64,000 nt of DNA from a virus (Duplodnaviria > Caudoviricetes): positions 36,765-100,764 of the IMG/VR virus record IMGVR_UViG_3300011008_000021; one strand, 5' to 3'. Shown one piece after another: positions 38,664 through 47,991 of the stretch. The position numbers and the translations under genes are program-made. Numbering within the stretch: position 1 is the first letter of the stretch; every line of letters begins with the position of its first letter. The notes beneath the pieces are model-generated. The model was not told the origin of the DNA. It saw only the letters and a list, made by a program, of their open reading frames with translations, and made no database searches.

Positions 38664-40142
38664 TTACACAATGCATAGGCCAGGCACAGGCCCGTAAGTG
38701 CCGTAGGCGCCGTAGCTGTTGAGGGCACCGGAAGAGTTGACGACACGAACGGTGAGCGCAGAGGACGGATACGGCGAACGCAGCCACCAATACCGGGCAG
38801 TAGTACCTTCGTACTTAATACGCTTGTCGTTGCCAGCACCTACATAATAATCATATGGTGTTGTCTTCGGTGTACCATCTACAACAGGTGTTTCATAAAC
38901 ACCACTATTCTGATTAAGATTGACTTCAGTCATTGACAGTGGAAAGATAAGTTCATCAGTATCTACATATGCAACAGTAGTATCAGTTCTGTCTGCCATG
39001 TGAACAAAAGTTCTCTTCTTAACTCTTCCAAGAACTGATTTAAGTTCTGGATCAAGTCCATATAAGAATCCAGCAATATTAGCAGTACCTGGTAAATCGA
39101 AGATGGTCTGGAATTCAAACCAATTTGGAATATTATTTGTTAAGCCAGGAGCTGCATCACTGTTCATCCAGCAACGTTCATCTGATGTAAGATAATCGTT
39201 AGAACCGTGTCCACTTCTTCTGGTTAAATTACAATACGCTGATGAACGAAGTGTGATATCTTCAGCAGTAAATGTACCAAGATTTGTACCCGAAGCATCA
39301 GTGTCCTCAGCTGTAGCTAAACCTAACTCAATAGTCTGTCTGTAATTTGCAATAGTGTCAAAAGTTGTAAAAGTTCCAGTTAAAGCTCTTGTAACTGTAT
39401 AATCACTATCTGATCTGTAGACACCAATTATACTATGTCTAAATCCACCACCTGCTGGAATTACTTGTGTAGTGGTAAACTTATAAGTAGCATCTTGTGT
39501 TGTGGCAGCATTATAAGCACCATGATCAAGTGTAATACTATAAGTACCTGCTGCAAGTCCATCAGGATAAGTAGTAGGATCTACATAGAATAACATCTGT
39601 GGTTTCTTATAAGCTAAAATATTATAATTAACTACATTGTGAGGACAAATTGTAAGTGAATGCTCAAATGCATCATCTGATGGTTCATCATAATCAAGTC
39701 CGATAACATCATACACGTTTTCACTTGCAGTAATATGAACTACTAATGAAGCTCCTTCTGTTGGTGTTCCACTTGAAATAGTAATTCCATAATTTGATAA
39801 TTCTACTTCATTCTCATGTAATTTCCAAACAGATCCATCATAAATAAATTCATATGCCTCTGTATGTGAAGTTCCAACTGCATTCTCAAATGCAATCATA
39901 TCAACTGATGCAGTTAATCCGGTTGATGCATCAATGGAAACAGCAGTATCTCTGTCTACTGTAAACTGAGAAAATTCACTGAAAATTCTTGTGTGAAGTC
40001 CTGCTCTTACAAGTCCTTGAACTGTTTTCCAAGAATCAAATTTTAAACCGCCCATATTTTCTACAATAGCGGCAAGATAATAGTTTGTAGTATCCCATTG
40101 TTCTGCTCTTGGGAATAACTGGGTTACTGATTCAACACTCAT
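38664..40142 (-). CDS. DGR target protein (putative receptor-binding protein with C-terminal CLec/DUF6273-like domain)
   Basis: IFPLSMTEV...YDYY...YWWLRSP...GPVPGLCIV; contains VR. Confidence 0.9.
   Translation of the reverse strand: MSVESVTQLFPRAEQWDTTNYYLAAIVENMGGLKFDSWKTVQGLVRAGLHTRIFSEFSQFTVDRDTAVSIDASTGLTASVDMIAFENAVGTSHTEAYEFIYDGSVWKLHENEVELSNYGITISSGTPTEGASLVVHITASENVYDVIGLDYDEPSDDAFEHSLTICPHNVVNYNILAYKKPQMLFYVDPTTYPDGLAAGTYSITLDHGAYNAATTQDATYKFTTTQVIPAGGGFRHSIIGVYRSDSDYTVTRALTGTFTTFDTIANYRQTIELGLATAEDTDASGTNLGTFTAEDITLRSSAYCNLTRRSGHGSNDYLTSDERCWMNSDAAPGLTNNIPNWFEFQTIFDLPGTANIAGFLYGLDPELKSVLGRVKKRTFVHMADRTDTTVAYVDTDELIFPLSMTEVNLNQNSGVYETPVVDGTPKTTPYDYYVGAGNDKRIKYEGTTARYWWLRSPYPSSALTVRVVNSSGALNSYGAYGTYGPVPGLCIV
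38675..38799 (-). repeat. DGR variable repeat (VR)
   Basis: Colinear with TR; differs only at TR adenines. Confidence 0.97.
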
Positions 40143-40603
40143 TATGTTTCTTCAACCTCCGTGAGTCTTATTGCTAATTTACTATCTGTGTTTACTAAAA
40201 TTTCAAGACCATAAGTTTTGCTATCCCTCTGATCTTTTACATAAATTGATCCTGCATTTGCTGCAGCAAGAGCGGCACTATCTGCTGCATTCTGCTCAGA
40301 TACAGATGCTGCTGAAGCTGAAAGAACTGCAGTATCACTTGCGGACTGAGCGGTATTCTTATAACCAAGAGTAGTATCTCTTGCAGAAATAGCTGTGTCT
40401 CTTGCACTTTCTGCCGCTTCTTGAGCTGTTTGAGCTGATGTCGCAGATTCAGCTGCGTCATCTGCAGACAAAGCCGCCGCAGATGCATTTTCTGCTGATC
40501 TACCCAGGTCAGCTTCAAACTCTTCTTTTGTTCCAGTGTAACCACCATTTACTGCCTCAGCATATGCAGTTACCTGTCCTAAATCAACTTGTCTTACACT
40601 CAT
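40142..40603 (-). CDS. Tail fibre-like Ala/Ser-rich protein
   Basis: TAYAEAVNGGYTGTKEEF motif and SA-rich repeats typical of fibre proteins. Confidence 0.65.
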   Translation of the reverse strand: MSVRQVDLGQVTAYAEAVNGGYTGTKEEFEADLGRSAENASAAALSADDAAESATSAQTAQEAAESARDTAISARDTTLGYKNTAQSASDTAVLSASAASVSEQNAADSAALAAANAGSIYVKDQRDSKTYGLEILVNTDSKLAIRLTEVEET

Positions 40604-40794
40604 TTTATAATCCTTTTATGTCTTGCATTAATAGAAAAATCTAGATCAGTAATATCTTCAGTTCTATCCATTATAAGATGACCATTATTGTTTATATTAA
40701 AAGATATGATTGCTGCATTATTAACAGCTGCTTCGGCTTGATCAGCATATTTAGCAGCTTTTCTTGTTGCAAGCAGAATTGTCATTAAATCCAT
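40600..40794 (-). CDS. Small fibre-associated protein
   Basis: 64 aa with FNINNNGHLIM repeat unit. Confidence 0.5.
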   Translation of the reverse strand: MDLMTILLATRKAAKYADQAEAAVNNAAIISFNINNNGHLIMDRTEDITDLDFSINARHKRIIK

Positions 40795-40816
40795 ATAGTC
40801 ACCTTAAATATCTTGT

Positions 40817-40987
40817 TTATACCACCGTTCTGTTTCTTCTATATATATAGAAATCTCCAGTATCTGCTGCATAAGCAGCACTTCCTGTATGAATTCCTGT
40901 AGTAGGTAAATTTGATGGTACATCAACAGATAATCCAACATAATTAAATGTTCTTTCGTTATCTAATACTTTTATACTATCTGCCAT
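40817..40987 (-). CDS. Small fibre-associated protein (56 aa; possibly frameshifted at a TA repeat)
   Basis: GGAGG RBS; MADSIKVL...GLSVDVP...GSAAYAADTGDFYIY. Confidence 0.55.
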   Translation of the reverse strand: MADSIKVLDNERTFNYVGLSVDVPSNLPTTGIHTGSAAYAADTGDFYIYRRNRTVV

Positions 40988-40992
40988 CTATA

Positions 40993-41565
40993 TTATTCAA
41001 CCTCCATAGTCAATACTAAATTACCTACATCATTTATTTCAAAATTTAATTCGTCTGAGTCTTGTGTCTTATACATTATTAAATTTCCAGAATCTATTAT
41101 TTTAAAATAAATATATTGTGCGTTGTCAACAGCATCTTTTGCTTCTTGAGCACTCTGTGCCGCCGCATCCTCACTTAATTTAGCATTTTCTTCACTGAGT
41201 TTTGAATTGCTTTCACTTTCTTTTGCCTCGTTTGCTGAGTCAGAAGCGTTGTTCATATACTCGTATGAAGAATCTTTATATTGTTCTGATAATTCTGCAT
41301 AATGTATTGATTGATTCTTATAAAACAGTGAGTTATCTTCGTACCCAATAGAACCTTCTTCTACTTCAACACCATCTTCAGTTCCTTTTGCATATCTTTC
41401 TGATATGTAAGCATAGTTTCTAGCGTCTAGATCCTTTGTTTGAACTGTTATTATATTTGTAGCATTGTCAACAAATACAGAAGCAGTATCAGTATTTCCA
41501 CCTTGGTATTGATTAAATTTTACTTTATCATTAACTTGACCGTAAACGTAATCTATGATACTCAC
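40993..41565 (-). CDS. Tail fibre-like protein
   Basis: SERYAKG..., SE.NAK.SE repeats, two FxIxxxGNL units. Confidence 0.6.
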   Translation of the reverse strand: MSIIDYVYGQVNDKVKFNQYQGGNTDTASVFVDNATNIITVQTKDLDARNYAYISERYAKGTEDGVEVEEGSIGYEDNSLFYKNQSIHYAELSEQYKDSSYEYMNNASDSANEAKESESNSKLSEENAKLSEDAAAQSAQEAKDAVDNAQYIYFKIIDSGNLIMYKTQDSDELNFEINDVGNLVLTMEVE

Positions 41566-41580
41566 CTCCGATCAATAACT

Positions 41581-42141
41581 TCATTGCCATATTCGATTAC
41601 CATAATTATCATCAATAATATAGATAGGTAATCTATTTGTTACCGTATTATATACATAGTTATATACAACATTACCTTCAGAATCTTCCACAGGATTAAT
41701 GTCGGAATTAATTATCTTAGCTTTTACTTGATAAATATAACTTCCTTGAGGAATATTTTTAGTGTCATTATTAAACAACCAAATTACCATATCCCCATTT
41801 TCATTTATATTTTCAATTCCACTAATTTCTTCTTGTTCTTCTCCATTAATAATGGTTTTTATAATTCCATCATCAGTAAATACTTTAACAAGTATAGGCT
41901 CTTCAACAGTAGAAGTATCAGGATTATAACTGTATGAATCTATTTTATCCCAAGGATGTTCTTCAATATCATTATAATCAAATATATAAAAATATACTTC
42001 GCAACCTTGGCCCTCTTCAAATGCATACCTTATCGGTTCGTTTACAGTACCTTTATTAATAAATAGAGGGAACTTAACATCGTCCCCTCTACTCATCTTA
42101 ATACATTGATTACTATCTATTTTTAACATGTTAAGTTCCAA
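41581..42141 (-). CDS. BppU-like/baseplate upper protein, putative
   Basis: I.MSRGD...DTKNIP.GSY.YQV pattern. Confidence 0.5.
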   Translation of the reverse strand: MELNMLKIDSNQCIKMSRGDDVKFPLFINKGTVNEPIRYAFEEGQGCEVYFYIFDYNDIEEHPWDKIDSYSYNPDTSTVEEPILVKVFTDDGIIKTIINGEEQEEISGIENINENGDMVIWLFNNDTKNIPQGSYIYQVKAKIINSDINPVEDSEGNVVYNYVYNTVTNRLPIYIIDDNYGNRIWQ

Positions 42142-42156
42142 TTCTCATAATTATAT

Positions 42157-44355
42157 TTAATTATGCATCATTCTGGATCTAATTTTAGAGTTTCTATCTA
42201 AAGATATTAATTCTTGTGCAACTTCTTTTACCTGGGATATTAATTCATCTTTATCGTCATATCCACCCATTACAATAGATTTAACAAATTTTCCAGGACT
42301 ATGAATATAGATCTTATATCCTATACCATCATCTTTAGAAACTGCCCAATGATAATCTGCGTCATCGTATGGATGATATGTATTAACCCATATAGAACCA
42401 TCATCATATACTTTTGCACCACATTTAACTCTGTCAATATATCCTAAATCAATATATTCATAGTTCTTAACTGCTTCAGTAAATAATGACTCATCTAATT
42501 CCATTTTAGGTTCTTTAATTTTATCTGGAACAGGTTGTTTTAAAGCTCCAATAACTTTTTCAGAATTTTTATCTGGAATATTTTTTTCAATTTCTTCTAG
42601 CTCTTTATCTATTTGATCTTTTACCCAGGTACTTTGCTCATCTGCTTGTTGCATTACAGGATTTTGAGCTGATAAATCAATATCTAATAAATTTTCAATA
42701 TCTTCATTAAACAATGATTCATCAAGATCTAATTTATTATGTCTTAAAGATTCATTTGTATCCCAATCAACTTCCACATCAAATATTTCACTACCAGACT
42801 TCTTGAAATTTTTAATTTCATCTTTAAGACTAATAATAGCTGAAGATAAATTAGATAAAATCCGATCTTTTGTTTCTGGATCAGTTTCTGCTAAAGCTGA
42901 TTCAACCTTGGATGCTATATTATTATAGTGACTTTTAAGAAAAGTAAAATCACGTAATAACCCATTATATTTAAAAACTTTATCAAAATCCTTCTGATTT
43001 TTATTATTTCTGAAATCCCAATCCATAAGAACTTGACCTAAATTCATTTGAAGGTTCTTTAAGTCATTATAAATTCTTTCTAGGTTAGCAGAAATATTTT
43101 TCTTACCAAATTCTTTTAATTTATTCTTAAATTTATTAGGGTCAATTAAATAACCTGATTTATCTAATTTCCATCCAGACCAAGGTGAATGACCTGGACC
43201 AGCATCCCTTAATTCTTTATATCTATAGTAATCTCCAAGACCTTGTAATTCCTGCTTTGTTTTACCCCTAAGTTCTCTTTTAGAACCCATAAAATTATTT
43301 GGATCTGATCCATCTAACCAACAAAAATCTCTAATATGAGACATTAAGGTCTTTAGATTAACAGCTTTAAATGCTTTTCCTTCAGGTTGGAAAATCTCAT
43401 TATCATTTAATCCAGTTCCATAAACAGATCCATCGTCAAGATAGAAGAAAGCAATATTTGGTTCCTCAAGTCTTGTATCTTTCTTGGGTCTTGGTAATCC
43501 ATCTTGAATAAAATTAGCGTTACTAATATCTATTCCAGCTTTCGACATTGCTGCCCAAAGATCTAGATATTCTTGATCTTTTCTTTTCTTATCTGTAAAT
43601 GTTGTATCAGGTTGTTTTGAAAAATCAGCATATCTTCCTTTTGGCATTGCTCTTCTACTGTCTGATGATTTAGTGTATAGTAATCTAGCTCTTAACCATT
43701 TAGGCATAGAAGGACTGAAATCTTCTGTTAATTTCGCTTCAGTAAGAAAATTAAATTTTTCTGTTTGAGTTTCCTTATTCGGATGTTTAAATTTAAGATG
43801 TGATTTATAAAAATCAAGATCAATTTGTTTAATTCTTAATCTTCGAGAAGCATCAGATCTATAATTAGCATAAATTACAATATCATTACAATTATCAAAT
43901 GCTCCAGGTCTTAACTGTATCACTGAATCTGGTAAAAATATTTCTTTTAAAGAAGTATCATTTACGAAACATTCAGTTGGTATCTGATTTAAAGAATTAG
44001 ATAATTTAACCTGATTTAAATTGCGACATCCACTGAATGCGTTCTCCATTATTGAAATAACAGAATCACTCATTGTAACTGTACTTAGATCTGTACAATT
44101 TGCAAATGCATAAGATCCAATAGATCTAACATTATCAGGTAAATGAACACCTTTTAATTGAGTGCTGCCATAGAAAAGATAATCTGGTACATCTTTTAAA
44201 AATTCAAAAATATCTAAACCAATTGAATAGAAAAAATTTGCATAAATTCTTCTATCACTACTTCTTACTTTTTTAAAGAATCCATCAAAATCGTTTCTTT
44301 GTAAGAGACTTTTATTACTTTTTATAAATTCAATTTGAGATGAATTAAGTTCCAT
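42157..44355 (-). CDS. Multidomain protein with N-terminal BspA-type leucine-rich repeats
   Basis: LPDNVRSIGSYAFANCTDL and three similar repeats; LTE/LDESLFxE motifs between domains. Confidence 0.75.
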   Translation of the reverse strand: MELNSSQIEFIKSNKSLLQRNDFDGFFKKVRSSDRRIYANFFYSIGLDIFEFLKDVPDYLFYGSTQLKGVHLPDNVRSIGSYAFANCTDLSTVTMSDSVISIMENAFSGCRNLNQVKLSNSLNQIPTECFVNDTSLKEIFLPDSVIQLRPGAFDNCNDIVIYANYRSDASRRLRIKQIDLDFYKSHLKFKHPNKETQTEKFNFLTEAKLTEDFSPSMPKWLRARLLYTKSSDSRRAMPKGRYADFSKQPDTTFTDKKRKDQEYLDLWAAMSKAGIDISNANFIQDGLPRPKKDTRLEEPNIAFFYLDDGSVYGTGLNDNEIFQPEGKAFKAVNLKTLMSHIRDFCWLDGSDPNNFMGSKRELRGKTKQELQGLGDYYRYKELRDAGPGHSPWSGWKLDKSGYLIDPNKFKNKLKEFGKKNISANLERIYNDLKNLQMNLGQVLMDWDFRNNKNQKDFDKVFKYNGLLRDFTFLKSHYNNIASKVESALAETDPETKDRILSNLSSAIISLKDEIKNFKKSGSEIFDVEVDWDTNESLRHNKLDLDESLFNEDIENLLDIDLSAQNPVMQQADEQSTWVKDQIDKELEEIEKNIPDKNSEKVIGALKQPVPDKIKEPKMELDESLFTEAVKNYEYIDLGYIDRVKCGAKVYDDGSIWVNTYHPYDDADYHWAVSKDDGIGYKIYIHSPGKFVKSIVMGGYDDKDELISQVKEVAQELISLDRNSKIRSRMMHN

Positions 44356-44368
44356 ATTACAATTTACC

Positions 44369-46057
44369 TTAATCTAAATTATAGTTATTAGTTTCTTTTG
44401 CCCCTTTTAAATGTTGTTGTAAATTCTGTGATACTCCACCTTTCCACAAAAACCAAACAGCACCAGGAACTTCAACTGATGTTCTACAATCAAATATATC
44501 ATCATCAGTCATAATAATTACATTATCTGGTTTTGTTTGCTTAATATGGTCCAATATCGGTTGACCACTGGTTCCATATCCACCCAGAGAATTATAATCA
44601 TCGTATTCACTTACTTTATTTGCGAAATAATATAATTGAATCTTAATTTGTTTCTTACGTACATAATTATTTAATGTACCAATGGCCTGTTCACCAACCG
44701 CTGTTTTTGCTGCATCCCATGAACCGGATCTATCAAAATAAACATTTATTAAAGGGATATTTTTATTTTTTACTGTTGCGTGTCCAGGTCTCATTATACC
44801 TGTACCAACATAGCTCTTATTAAATCTTCTCCAAGTTGAGTTTCTCGAATCTCCAACTTCATTTTTAATAAATCTATTTAAAGAATCAGTAAATTTATTT
44901 ATTGGAGTATTTCTGTATTTTTTAGCATTTCTTTCTGCCGTTGCTGATCTACTTCTGGAAACCTGAGTATCAGTTTCGTCTGAAATTTGATCCGCTATCT
45001 CTTTGTCTTGAAGAATCTTTTTTATTCTTTCTAATCTACTCTGTTCAGAATCAACTGATCGATCTCCTGATCCAGAGGAATCAACATCTCCAGACGTAAT
45101 TTCATCATTAGATGAATAATCTTGTTCCTCTTCTTTTTCTTGTTTTATTTGCTGTTCTCGTTCAGCATCCTCTTTTGCAAGATCATCTGCATCACCCATA
45201 TCTCCTATTTCTGGTGTTGAAGATTCTTTATTATCTGTATCATCTTGCTGCTTCTTTTTTCTTCCACGTTTCTTTTTCTGAGGTTTTTCATCATCAGTTG
45301 ACTGAGATGAGTTAGAAGAACTACTTGAAGAAGTATCATCGTCTTCAGAAGAGTCATCATCCTCTTCAGAGTCTGAAGAATCATCAGTTTGATTATCTTG
45401 ATCAGATCCACTATCAGACGAATCAGTTGAATTTGATTGTTGTGATTTACTTGAATTATTTTGTTGATCATCCTCATCAGAAGAAGAATCATTCTTATCA
45501 TTTGAGTTGTCTTTATTTTGTTGATCTTCTTTAGGTTTATTTAGTTCGTCATACATATCTTCTAAGGTATAATCTACCCAATCTGGATGATCATCTTCTG
45601 TAACCAAACCTCTTAATATCTGACCATTTAACTCAATATTTCTAACATTTTCTTTATCTTCATCAGTATAACCTCGATTTGAGATTTCGTAATCACCAGC
45701 AATATTAAAATTTTTATTTTTATATATTTCTTTTTTTACATTCTCTAATTCATCAAGTGTTAAATTATCTGGATCTAGACCAAATTTTCTAGCAATTTTT
45801 TTAACTAATCTATTTTCGTGATCTAAAAACTGATGAAGAATTTCATGACGAATAATTACAGAAACTTGATCTTTATTTAGATTTCTGTTAATTACTATTC
45901 TGCCTTTAGAAGGTTCCATAAAACCAACAATATTTGGATTGTCAGTTAGATTTAAATCAAAATTACTAAAGATATTTGCATAGGTTGGATAACCTTGACT
46001 TGATAAAAGTGTTTGTATAAAATCTTTAGAAATTTTTTCCTCTCTTGTCATCCCCAT
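44369..46057 (-). CDS. HExxH metallopeptidase-like plus VWA domain protein (DUF2201-like)
   Basis: HEILH...NIAGDYEI; acidic linker; MIDAS DRSGS...GT...MTD. Confidence 0.85.
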   Translation of the reverse strand: MGMTREEKISKDFIQTLLSSQGYPTYANIFSNFDLNLTDNPNIVGFMEPSKGRIVINRNLNKDQVSVIIRHEILHQFLDHENRLVKKIARKFGLDPDNLTLDELENVKKEIYKNKNFNIAGDYEISNRGYTDEDKENVRNIELNGQILRGLVTEDDHPDWVDYTLEDMYDELNKPKEDQQNKDNSNDKNDSSSDEDDQQNNSSKSQQSNSTDSSDSGSDQDNQTDDSSDSEEDDDSSEDDDTSSSSSSNSSQSTDDEKPQKKKRGRKKKQQDDTDNKESSTPEIGDMGDADDLAKEDAEREQQIKQEKEEEQDYSSNDEITSGDVDSSGSGDRSVDSEQSRLERIKKILQDKEIADQISDETDTQVSRSRSATAERNAKKYRNTPINKFTDSLNRFIKNEVGDSRNSTWRRFNKSYVGTGIMRPGHATVKNKNIPLINVYFDRSGSWDAAKTAVGEQAIGTLNNYVRKKQIKIQLYYFANKVSEYDDYNSLGGYGTSGQPILDHIKQTKPDNVIIMTDDDIFDCRTSVEVPGAVWFLWKGGVSQNLQQHLKGAKETNNYNLD

Positions 46058-46075
46058 AAAGATAAAACCTCATGT

Positions 46076-47110
46076 TTAGTATTTAGCTAATTCTTTACTT
46101 ATCTTATCCCAAGCTGAAGGACCTTGCATAAAGGCTGGCTTAACGGTTCCACTATCTGACTTTTTAAAAACTGAATTTGCTTTATCTTCCACGTCTTGAT
46201 AATTTGCTAAAATTCTTTCAGCCATTCCTTTTTTATCAGGATTACATTGATCATTCCAGGATGCTAAGAAATCTTCTTTAGTTCCATCACAATATTCAAG
46301 TAATTTAGATAAAGAACGAGGATTTAATGGAGAATTTTGTTCTCTTTGAGCTTCAGCAGCCTCGTTTGAATCATCAAATCTAAATTGAGGACTTCTAAGA
46401 AGTGTTTGTGCAATTTTTAATCTTCCACGAATTTCTTTTTCTTCTTGAGGATCCTCTACTGTTTCTAATTCTTTTGTATACTTATTAGTTAAATAATCCA
46501 AATTATTTTTATTATCAAGTTGAACATGAACTTGTCTAAATCTAGATAGCTCTGCTGCATCTAATTCATCAGTATTATATGTTCCTGTAGGTGGATTAAT
46601 TGCTGCTATAGTAAATAAAAAATTTGGAAAATATCTATATCCATTTTCTTCTCTTGCATCTCTAATCTGATGATCGTTGATCAGTGTAAGAAGGGTTCCT
46701 CGGATATTAGAATCAGCTCTGTTAAATTCATCTAAAAATAAAACTGAACGAGGTCTTTCAAGTGCATCAAGTTCAGTAGTTGCTAATCTATTAACTGCTG
46801 TTCTATCGTCGTTTGGAGATATTGCTCCACCTAAATCAGTAATATCTAATGTTTTTGCGTCTACATTATATAAATTAATATTATTAGCTTTTGCCCATTC
46901 AAATACTCGTGCAGTCTTACCTGTACCTGCTTCTCCTATTAAAAGAACATTTACAAATTCTCTTCCACCATTTTTATTTTGACGTAGATTTGTTTTTAAT
47001 GCACGATCAAGAGTTTGTTCAATATCACCTTTTCCTGAATATGTGACTTCTGCATTAATTTTATTAGCATCTTGAACTGCTTGAGCTAATGTATCTTCAT
47101 TAATTCTCAT
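46076..47110 (-). CDS. MoxR/dynein-related AAA+ ATPase
   Basis: GEAGTGKT, LFLDEFNRA, AAINP, LDAAELSRF, NPRS. Confidence 0.9.
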   Translation of the reverse strand: MRINEDTLAQAVQDANKINAEVTYSGKGDIEQTLDRALKTNLRQNKNGGREFVNVLLIGEAGTGKTARVFEWAKANNINLYNVDAKTLDITDLGGAISPNDDRTAVNRLATTELDALERPRSVLFLDEFNRADSNIRGTLLTLINDHQIRDAREENGYRYFPNFLFTIAAINPPTGTYNTDELDAAELSRFRQVHVQLDNKNNLDYLTNKYTKELETVEDPQEEKEIRGRLKIAQTLLRSPQFRFDDSNEAAEAQREQNSPLNPRSLSKLLEYCDGTKEDFLASWNDQCNPDKKGMAERILANYQDVEDKANSVFKKSDSGTVKPAFMQGPSAWDKISKELAKY

Positions 47111-47133
47111 ATTTATATTACCTATTTTTATTT

Positions 47134-47991
47134 TTAATCTTCTTCAAACTCGCTCCATCTTTGACCAAGTATTTCAGATCTAACTTGATCCACGGATCGA
47201 TTATTATAACATGCTGTTTTATTGAGTGCCCAATTATCAATCATGTCTTCTGTTAATATAACATCTTCATTAACATGAGCTAACTTTCTGTATTGAGCAA
47301 TTCTCTTCTTTCTTCCTTCGTTAGCATCGTATTCATCTGTACCGATCTTATGATGAACTGTATTAATATTTTCTACAATCAAATTATCTTCAATATTATC
47401 AGTTTCTGGATCAGTATCAACATTGTTTTCATCAAACATGTCTAATCCTTTATTTACTAAATCTACAACTAATGTATCTCTAAATAATTCTGGATCATTA
47501 TAGAATGCTCTCCATCCATCGTAGATGTAATTTTCTTGTGATGCTGAAACTGATCTACCAAGAATATCTGATAATAAATCAGCTTTACTATCTTTAAAAT
47601 CTTCAGTTAATTTCATCATTGCTTCCTGTTCACCTACTTCAACATTTTCAGTATTCGGTGAAACTGTTTTTAATGTAGCTACTAATTTTCCAATATTTCT
47701 ATTTTCTTCATCTACTATATCTTTTAGGACAGAAATTATTTCTTCAGCATTTTCTACTCCTGAAGCATAAACAGTAGCTATCTTACTATTATATTCACTT
47801 ATTTTATTCCATAAATCTGAAATTGAATCAGTTAATATAGTTGCTACTCCATTTTCTTCTGGAGTAGCAACTACTGGTTGTTCTATATCATCAATTACTA
47901 ATTCATCTTCAGTATTAACTATTGGAATATCTATTTCAAATAATTCTTCATTTAATTTCATTATTTTACACCTGAGAAGGAGATAACCCAA
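47134..47991 (-). CDS. Acidic protein with ferritin-like helix motif, putative internal head protein
   Basis: True start probably MKLNEE; DIVDEENRNIGKL. Confidence 0.5.
   Translation of the reverse strand: MGYLLLRCKIMKLNEELFEIDIPIVNTEDELVIDDIEQPVVATPEENGVATILTDSISDLWNKISEYNSKIATVYASGVENAEEIISVLKDIVDEENRNIGKLVATLKTVSPNTENVEVGEQEAMMKLTEDFKDSKADLLSDILGRSVSASQENYIYDGWRAFYNDPELFRDTLVVDLVNKGLDMFDENNVDTDPETDNIEDNLIVENINTVHHKIGTDEYDANEGRKKRIAQYRKLAHVNEDVILTEDMIDNWALNKTACYNNRSVDQVRSEILGQRWSEFEED

Noticed and set aside
38585-38839. 84-aa alternative-frame ORF over the VR, and 102-aa plus-strand ORF over the TR
   Set aside because: By-products of the locally high GC content of TR and VR.
45100-45540. 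Ser/Asp-rich low-complexity tract as a DNA repeat
   Set aside because: It is the disordered linker normally found between the peptidase-like and VWA domains of this protein family.
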